64,000 bases of DNA, taken from the NCBI GenBank assembly GCA_902533945.1, contig CACANS010000001.1, positions 10,437 through 74,436 of the forward strand, read 5' to 3'. Numbering within the stretch: position 1 is the stretch's first letter; the number at the start of each line of letters is the position of its first letter. Under the pieces are notes generated by a model, which was given only the letters and a program-made list of their open reading frames with translations, had not been told where the DNA came from and made no database searches. Below are positions 58,008 to 64,000 of this stretch, one piece after another. The translations under genes and the position numbers were made by a program. The DNA comes from an uncultured Pelagibacteraceae bacterium. Lineage in GTDB: Bacteria; Pseudomonadota; Alphaproteobacteria; Pelagibacterales; Pelagibacteraceae.

Positions 58008-59117
58008 ATGCTTAATTTTATCTTACCATTTATTATTTTAATTCTAGTTGTTGTGTTCATACATGAATATGGACACTATTATTTTGCAAAAAAATATGGA
58101 GTTGGTGTAACTGATTTTTCTATTGGTTTTGGAAAAGAATTATTTGGTTGGAACGATAAGTCAGGAACTAGATGGAAAATTTGCATGATACCTTTGGGTG
58201 GATATGTTAAATTTTTTGGAGATAGAAATGTTTTTTCTCAATCTGATCAAAAAGAACTTTTAAAAAAATACAATGAAAATGATAGAGAAAAATTATTTGT
58301 TTTAAAACCATTATATCAAAGATCTTTAATTGTTGCTGCTGGTCCAATAGCAAATTTTATATTAGCTATATTTATATTTTTATTTATTTATATGTTTGTT
58401 GGTAAAGATTTTACACCAGCTGTCATTGATGAGGTTCAAAAAGATAGCCCTGCATATATTAGTGGTTTAAAAAAAAATGACATAATATTAGAAATTGATG
58501 ACTCTAAAGTAAAAAGTATACTCGATGTTTCTAAACTTATTACAATGTCTACTTCTGATATTATTAATTTTAAAGTTTCAAGATACGATCAAGAAATATT
58601 ATTAAGAGTAAAACCAAACCTAGTAGACACAGAAGATAATTTGGGGAATAAAATTAAAAAAAAGATGGTTGGTATTAAATTAAGTCCTTACAATAATAAA
58701 ATCAATCATGTAAAATTAGGGCCAGCTAAAGCTTTTTACTATTCTTTAAATGAAGTTTATTTCGTAACTATTTCTTCTCTAAAATATCTTGGGTCTATGA
58801 TAGTTGGAAAAGGAGACACTTCTCAGCTTGGTGGACCTATAAGAATTGCAAAAATAACAGGACAAGTTGCTGAATTTGGAATTATACCATTTTTAAGTAT
58901 TATGGCTTATATTTCAATTAGCCTTGGATTAATTAACTTATTTCCAATTCCTCTTCTTGATGGTGGACATTTACTATTTTATGCATTTGAAAAAATTTTA
59001 GGAAGACCTTTAACTCAAAAAACGCAAGAGGGTTTTTTTCGAATCGGAATGTTTTTGTTATTGTCCTTAATGTTTTTTGCAACTTTTAATGATTTAAGAG
59101 ATTTAGGCTTATTTTAA
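58008..59117 (+). CDS. rseP: RIP metalloprotease RseP
   Basis: HEYGH, AAGPIAN, PDZ domain, NLFPIPLLDGGH. Confidence 0.95.
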   Translation: MLNFILPFIILILVVVFIHEYGHYYFAKKYGVGVTDFSIGFGKELFGWNDKSGTRWKICMIPLGGYVKFFGDRNVFSQSDQKELLKKYNENDREKLFVLKPLYQRSLIVAAGPIANFILAIFIFLFIYMFVGKDFTPAVIDEVQKDSPAYISGLKKNDIILEIDDSKVKSILDVSKLITMSTSDIINFKVSRYDQEILLRVKPNLVDTEDNLGNKIKKKMVGIKLSPYNNKINHVKLGPAKAFYYSLNEVYFVTISSLKYLGSMIVGKGDTSQLGGPIRIAKITGQVAEFGIIPFLSIMAYISISLGLINLFPIPLLDGGHLLFYAFEKILGRPLTQKTQEGFFRIGMFLLLSLMFFATFNDLRDLGLF

Positions 59118-59175
59118 CTTAATTTTAACCATCAAAAAAACCTTTAAAATCAATACTTATTTAAGTGCTATATAT

Positions 59176-59184
59176 TGTGGATAA
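59176..59184 (-). promoter_or_regulatory. Consensus DnaA box upstream of the HU gene
   Basis: TGTGGATAA is the reverse complement of TTATCCACA. Confidence 0.45.
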
Positions 59185-59267
59185 AATCATTTTGAACACT
59201 AAAAAAAAGCTTGAAAAATCAACATATTTGTAAAATATACTAAATAACCTTTAAAACCGGAGCTAAA

Positions 59268-59543
59268 ATGAACAAAAAACAATTAGTCGCTAAGTTAGCT
59301 GGATCTTTAAACCAGAGCAAAGCAGATGCAGAGCGTACTTTTGATACTATTACCAACACTATTCTTGATGCACTGAAAGGCGACGATTCAGTGAAAATAG
59401 CTGGTTTTGGTACTTACAAAGTTGCAAAGAGAAAAGCTAGAATTGGAAGAAATCCTAGAACAGGAGAGCAGATCCAAATAGCAGCTTCTCAAAAGGTAAA
59501 ATTTTTACCAGCAAAAGCACTTAAAGAAATATTCAATAAGTAA
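59268..59543 (+). CDS. hup: DNA-binding protein HU
   Basis: MNKKQL, GFGTY, GRNPRTGE. Confidence 0.95.
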   Translation: MNKKQLVAKLAGSLNQSKADAERTFDTITNTILDALKGDDSVKIAGFGTYKVAKRKARIGRNPRTGEQIQIAASQKVKFLPAKALKEIFNK

Positions 59544-59551
59544 ACTTTTAC

Positions 59552-59590
59552 AAACAGCCTTTATTAATAAATTTTTAATAAAGGCTGTTT
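59552..59590 (+). terminator. Terminator hairpin after hup
   Basis: Perfect 16-bp stem AAACAGCCTTTATTAA/TTAATAAAGGCTGTTT. Confidence 0.8.
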
Positions 59591-59693
59591 CTATATGCAT
59601 AAACTGCATACCTATTTTTAATCATTAGCGTTAGTTATTTTTTTTTTTGAAATTATAAAAAATTATTATTTAAAATTTAAAGGAGATAATAAT

Positions 59694-60995
59694 ATGTTTA
59701 AAATTTCGAAAAAGTTTTTAACTTCAGCTATTACCTTATCCTTTCTGCTTAATATGAGCAGTGCTGGAGCAGCGGAAACGACTGTTTCTGCTGAAGTAGG
59801 ATTTATTTTTAATACTTTTCTTTTTTTAGTTTGTGGATTTTTAGTTATGTTCATGGCCGCAGGTTTTGCGATGTTAGAGTCAGGAATGGTTACATCGAAA
59901 AGTGTATCTGTAATTTGTGCAAAAAACATCGGTTTATACTCAATTGCTGGAATAATGTTTTGGTTAGTTGGATATAATCTTGCTTATGGAATACCTGAAG
60001 GAGGATACATTGGTAAATTTCTACCATGGTCAGATGCTAGTTCATTAACAAAACCTTATGCCGATGGTTCTGATTGGTATTTTCAAATGGTATTTTGTGC
60101 AACTACTGTTTCGATTGTTTCGGGAACGTTAGCAGAGAGAATAAAATTATGGCCATTTTTTTTATTTGCAGCAATTTTAACAGGTTTCATTTATCCGATT
60201 CAAATGGGATGGCAATGGGGCGGTGGATGGCTAGCGGCAAGAGGATTTTCTGATTTTGCTGGATCAACACTTGTTCATTCAGCCGGAGGAGCCGCAGCTT
60301 TAGCTGGTGCAATTATACTTGGACCAAGACTAGGTAGATTTACTAAAAAAGGAGATCCAGCACCTGTGAAACCTTTTGCAGCATCTTCAATTCCTTTAGT
60401 AACATTAGGGGTATTTGTTTTATGGTTGGGATGGTTTGGTTTTAATGGAGGTTCACAGCTAGCAATGGGATCGTTTACTGATGCTGTCGCAGTATCTAAA
60501 ATTTTTATAAATACAAATCTTGCAGCTTGCGGAGGTGTATTGGCTGCAGCAATCTTAACGAGATTAATGTTAGGAAAAACTGATGTAATACAAATGTTAA
60601 ATGGTGCGATTGGTGGATTAGTTGCAATCACAGCAGAACCTTTAATGCCATCACCACTTGCAGCAATATTAATTGGAGCTGTGGGAGGTATAATTGTTGT
60701 ATTAGGAACAAAACTTCTTTTTTCATACAAAATAGATGATGTAGTTGGAGCTATACCAGCTCACTTATTTGCAGGTATTTGGGGAACATTAGCTGTACCA
60801 ATTACTAATTCAAGTGCTAATTTTGGAACACAACTTCTTGGTGTTATATCCATAAATGTTTTCGTATTTATTTTAGCATTTGTTATTTGGTCAATTATGA
60901 AAAATACTGTTGGTATCAGATTAAGCAAAGAAGCTGAACTTAAAGGAACAGATGTTTCAGAAACAGGAGTAATTGCTTACGCTATAAGAGATTAA
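59694..60995 (+). CDS. amtB: Ammonium transporter
   Basis: FQMVFCAT, DFAGSTLVH, GWFGFNGGS, DDVVGAIPAH. Confidence 0.95.
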   Translation: MFKISKKFLTSAITLSFLLNMSSAGAAETTVSAEVGFIFNTFLFLVCGFLVMFMAAGFAMLESGMVTSKSVSVICAKNIGLYSIAGIMFWLVGYNLAYGIPEGGYIGKFLPWSDASSLTKPYADGSDWYFQMVFCATTVSIVSGTLAERIKLWPFFLFAAILTGFIYPIQMGWQWGGGWLAARGFSDFAGSTLVHSAGGAAALAGAIILGPRLGRFTKKGDPAPVKPFAASSIPLVTLGVFVLWLGWFGFNGGSQLAMGSFTDAVAVSKIFINTNLAACGGVLAAAILTRLMLGKTDVIQMLNGAIGGLVAITAEPLMPSPLAAILIGAVGGIIVVLGTKLLFSYKIDDVVGAIPAHLFAGIWGTLAVPITNSSANFGTQLLGVISINVFVFILAFVIWSIMKNTVGIRLSKEAELKGTDVSETGVIAYAIRD

Positions 60996-61008
60996 CAAAT
61001 CATGATAA

Positions 61009-61059
61009 AGAGGCTCTCTGTTCTCCGCTCTAAAGAAGCACACTCAGCAGAGAGCCTCT
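61009..61059. other. GC-rich hairpin with structured 27-nt interior between convergent genes
   Basis: 12-bp stem AGAGGCTCTCTG/CAGAGAGCCTCT. Confidence 0.7.
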
Positions 61060-61064
61060 AAAAA

Positions 61065-62093
61065 TTAAACCTCGTTTTCATCCCAAATTTTCTTTAAATT
61101 AAAGTTAGGAGGTAAACCATAAACTGAATTTATATTTGTGCAATGCATTGCTAAAGAAGGAACAGGGCTAAAACAATACTCTTTTTTATAAATGTCATGT
61201 AAGGGTTTTTCAAAAGGATAATGCTCAAATTTACACATCGATTTTAATCCTTCAAAATACTGATTAACTAATTTTTGACTGGTTAAAAATGTACACAAAG
61301 TTTGATTTACTATTCTCCAATGTTTTTGATTACCTAATAAAATTCTTGTATTTTCAGGAGAATTATAAAGATATGGATAATCTGCAGGGCATATAAATAT
61401 ATCTTTTTCTAAAATAGTTGAAAATTTTTCATATGTATAAACGATTTCTTTAAAACTTTCCTTTGTATGAATATAATCATCTTCAACAAAATAAACTAAA
61501 TCACTACATTTTTTTGCAAGTAATATCGATTGATAGATATTTGACATATTTGAAATTTGGTTATTTGAGACATTATTTTTTTGTTCATTTATTTTATCTA
61601 TTTCATTTTCAAATTTTGAGATATCTAATTTAAAAACTTCAAATTCAAAATAATTATTAGAAAGAATTTTGTTAATTGACTCTAGTACAAGATTGGATGA
61701 ATTATGATCTACAACTGTAATTTTAATTTTAATATTTTTAAATTCTTCTTTTGAATAATTTAATGACTTAACAATTGAATTAAGTGATCTTAGTGTGTAT
61801 TCAGACTTTTCCTTTTCAAATAATCTTTTTTTATTTTGTGTTAACATATTTACCGATGAACATGATCTAAATATAATATCTAAATTATTAACTTGTCTTT
61901 TAATTTCAATTTTCCCCATTGGTATACTTATGGATTTTTTACCAAGTATGGATAAACTTTCTTCTCCAGTCTTATTTTCCAAAGGTAAATAAAAATTTGC
62001 CTGATCGATAATTTCAAAGTTAAAAAATCTACAAACTTTTATGAAAAACTTCTTAAGAAAGCTATTTTTTTTCTTTAAATATGATTCTTTCAT
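61065..62093 (-). CDS. Glycosyltransferase family 2-like protein
   Basis: VVDHNS, YFVEDDYIH (DxD-like), SPVPSLAMH. Confidence 0.6.
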   Translation of the reverse strand: MKESYLKKKNSFLKKFFIKVCRFFNFEIIDQANFYLPLENKTGEESLSILGKKSISIPMGKIEIKRQVNNLDIIFRSCSSVNMLTQNKKRLFEKEKSEYTLRSLNSIVKSLNYSKEEFKNIKIKITVVDHNSSNLVLESINKILSNNYFEFEVFKLDISKFENEIDKINEQKNNVSNNQISNMSNIYQSILLAKKCSDLVYFVEDDYIHTKESFKEIVYTYEKFSTILEKDIFICPADYPYLYNSPENTRILLGNQKHWRIVNQTLCTFLTSQKLVNQYFEGLKSMCKFEHYPFEKPLHDIYKKEYCFSPVPSLAMHCTNINSVYGLPPNFNLKKIWDENEV

Positions 62094-62116
62094 TATATAA
62101 ATATATGTAATATAAA

Positions 62117-62503
62117 ATGAAAATTAAATCATCACAAACTCTTGTTGAAGAAGCATTAAAATCTGTGAAAACTATTTCCCCAGAGGAAGCATTACAATTA
62201 ACCAATGAAAACAAATGCAACTTAATTGATATTAGAGATGCGGCTGAACTCCAAAAAACTGGAAGTATTGAAAATTCGCTTAATATCTCAAGAGGGCTGT
62301 TGGAATTTTCTATACATCCTGAAAGCGCATATGTTCAAAACAAAAAAATAGATCTAAATAAAGAAATAGTTCTTTTTTGTGCAGCCGGAGGTAGATCTGC
62401 ATTGTCAGCTAAAGCTCTTAAAGAGATGGGCTTTGAAAAAGTATCGCATGTAGAAGGTGGTTTTGGGTTAATGCAAAATTCTGGCTTTAAAGTAATTAAG
62501 TAA
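62117..62503 (+). CDS. Rhodanese-like protein
   Basis: IDIRD, FCAAGGRS active loop, EGGF. Confidence 0.9.
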   Translation: MKIKSSQTLVEEALKSVKTISPEEALQLTNENKCNLIDIRDAAELQKTGSIENSLNISRGLLEFSIHPESAYVQNKKIDLNKEIVLFCAAGGRSALSAKALKEMGFEKVSHVEGGFGLMQNSGFKVIK

Positions 62504-62511
62504 TTAATCTA

Positions 62512-62985
62512 TCAATCATAAAGGCTTATTTTTTTTGCAAAAAATATTCTAATTAACCAATAGATTATTAGTCCAGCAGGTCCTACAAAATATGTTATTA
62601 CCAGTGGTATAAAAATTAGAAATTTTGAAATCATTAGTTTTTGTGAATCTTTGACTATCCAACATCCACAAAAAAGATTAATTGCAATGAAATGTACCCA
62701 AAACATTATTAAAAAAGGATAATCTGAAAATAAGTTGTTAAGATGTTTTATACCTAAATAAAGTTTGAAGTTATTAAAAAAATCGTAACCAGATATATAA
62801 AAATAATAGACTAAATAAACATAAAGAGTTCCAAGAATAATATGGGGAAAAATCGAAGTTACTAGAAAAGATGATAATTTAGTATTTGAAAAAAAAATTA
62901 ATAAAATCCAGAAAGGCAATACACCTATATTCAGCCATAAATATATCATTTCAATGGTAAAAAAATCAGAAATTTGTTCGATCAT
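62512..62985 (-). CDS. ABA4-like (DUF4281) membrane protein
   Basis: LPFW.LLI, FWVHF.A.NLF.G.W, GPAG. Confidence 0.75.
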   Translation of the reverse strand: MIEQISDFFTIEMIYLWLNIGVLPFWILLIFFSNTKLSSFLVTSIFPHIILGTLYVYLVYYFYISGYDFFNNFKLYLGIKHLNNLFSDYPFLIMFWVHFIAINLFCGCWIVKDSQKLMISKFLIFIPLVITYFVGPAGLIIYWLIRIFFAKKISLYD

Positions 62986-63012
62986 TTATAGATATATTAT
63001 AATAGAGATTTA

Positions 63013-63576
63013 ATGATTCATACAAAAAATAAAAAAAAATCTTTAGAAGCAACTGTAGACGAGATGCGTAATTTTTCTTTAACTTACATTGAAAAATACG
63101 CACCTTCTAAACAGCAGTTAAAAACTTATTTATTAAAAAAATATTTAAATTCTAAATTAAACAATATCAGTAAAAATAATATCAAAGATTTAATTGATGT
63201 AGTCTTACAAGATTTAGAGAAAAATAAATTTATAAATGATAAGTTTTACTCTAATTCTAAAGCAAAGAGTTTACTTAACAAAGGAAGTTCAATAAATAAA
63301 ATTAGAAATTATTTATTATCCAAAGGAGTTAATGATCAATACATTATACAAACAATTGAACAAATTAAAGAGAGTAATGAAGATCAAGATTTTTTCTCAG
63401 CAATTAAAATTTGTAAAAAAAAAAGAATTGGACCCGCAAGAACAGAAGATAACAGATCAATATTTTATAAAAAAGATATTTCTATATTAGCACGTTCAGG
63501 TTTTGATTATCAAACATCAAAAAAAATAATGGACTTAAATAAAGATGAATATTTAAAAATTATAAGATTACTTTAA
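63013..63576 (+). CDS. recX: Regulatory protein RecX
   Basis: IND.FY, KG.S...I...L..KG, LARSGF. Confidence 0.8.
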   Translation: MIHTKNKKKSLEATVDEMRNFSLTYIEKYAPSKQQLKTYLLKKYLNSKLNNISKNNIKDLIDVVLQDLEKNKFINDKFYSNSKAKSLLNKGSSINKIRNYLLSKGVNDQYIIQTIEQIKESNEDQDFFSAIKICKKKRIGPARTEDNRSIFYKKDISILARSGFDYQTSKKIMDLNKDEYLKIIRLL

Positions 63577-63711
63577 ATTATTCTTATTTTTTTCTTTAAG
63601 GTAATAGTTAATTTTATTTTTTATGTAGTTTTTTACAAAAACAAAAACTAATAACCCAAATATTGACACTGAAACAATTATAATTAATATTATTCTTAAC
63701 TGTTCACTCAT
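63568..63711 (-). CDS. Putative 47-aa single-TM protein coupled to cysQ
   Basis: Manual translation MSEQLRIILIIIVSVSIFGLLVFVFVKNYIKNKINYYLKEKNKNNLK; start overlaps the cysQ stop. Confidence 0.55.
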   Translation of the reverse strand: MSEQLRIILIIIVSVSIFGLLVFVFVKNYIKNKINYYLKEKNKNNLK

Positions 63712-64000
63712 TTAAATTTAATGATCTTTTTAAAATTATACTAGGATTTTTAAAATTTTTTTTTCCATAAAGTATTTCATTTCCTTCAAAATCAGTAATA
63801 ATTCCACCAGCATTTTTAAGAATTGTATGGCCTGCAGCAATGTCCCATTCCAATGCTCTTGGATCAGCAGCATATAAATCAAATTCTCCAGCCGCCATTA
63901 CACAAAATTTTAATGAACTGCTCATTTTTACAGAACTTGTTACTTCATTTTTTTTATGAATTTTCAATATTTCAGGTTTAATGTTGTGAGAATAAACTAA
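63704..64000 (-). CDS. cysQ: 3'(2'),5'-bisphosphate nucleotidase, 3' part (start outside window)
   Basis: SSSLKFC..A.G..D.Y, EWDIAAG..I...AGG. Confidence 0.85.
   Translation of the reverse strand, partial: LVYSHNIKPEILKIHKKNEVTSSVKMSSSLKFCVMAAGEFDLYAADPRALEWDIAAGHTILKNAGGIITDFEGNEILYGKKNFKNPSIILKRSLNLNE

Noticed and set aside
56199-59117. Functional FecR-RseP signalling link
   Set aside because: The FecR-like gene is truncated, no ECF sigma factor or TonB-dependent receptor is present, and rseP is a core gene
266-61992. Numerous 60-150 aa antisense or alternate-frame ORFs in the track (e.g. 298..642, 25424..25813, 45629..46045, 60275..60730)
   Set aside because: They lie wholly or mostly over well-supported genes on the opposite strand, lack motifs, and are the expected shadows of codon bias
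1-64000. CRISPR array, tRNA/rRNA, prophage, integrase or IS element
   Set aside because: No regularly spaced repeats, cloverleaf-like sequences or recombinase/transposase motifs were seen; intergenic gaps are mostly too short

Overview
A very AT-rich, gene-dense alphaproteobacterial chromosome segment whose gene content and tiny intergenic spaces point to Pelagibacteraceae (SAR11); the taxon is an inference. It is dominated by betaine, methylated-amine and C1 catabolism: ProXW-type transporter, BHMT, two dimethylglycine-dehydrogenase-like enzymes, a GcvT-family demethylase with MetF-like partner, a Rieske oxygenase, a DddP-like M24 enzyme, a gamma-butyrobetaine dioxygenase-like enzyme, carnitine dehydrogenase, ETF/ETF-QO and AcuI. 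It also carries a Dpp-type ABC transporter, the sfuABC iron transporter with Fur boxes, a ThiV-like symporter, amt, HU, purEK, hisI/hisN, folE, recX and cysQ, plus two paralogous autotransporter-like proteins. I saw no tRNA, rRNA, CRISPR array, integrase or transposase. The most notable unexplained signals are five: (1) a TPP-riboswitch variant upstream of thiV that keeps the pyrimidine pocket but lacks the thiazole/pyrophosphate-contacting nucleotides; (2) a diverged duplicate of the sfuC 3' end flanking a ~1 kb foreign insert, read as an integrase-free recombination scar; (3) several sub-60-aa ORFs missed by the ORF track, including a CxxCxxxC protein inside the iron operon and a stand-alone ClpX-type zinc finger; (4) an apparently leaderless 40-codon uORF/pseudoknot ahead of bhmT; (5) GC-rich hairpins with anti-Shine-Dalgarno-like loops after sfuA and amt. 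All calls are by eye from motifs; no database search was run.
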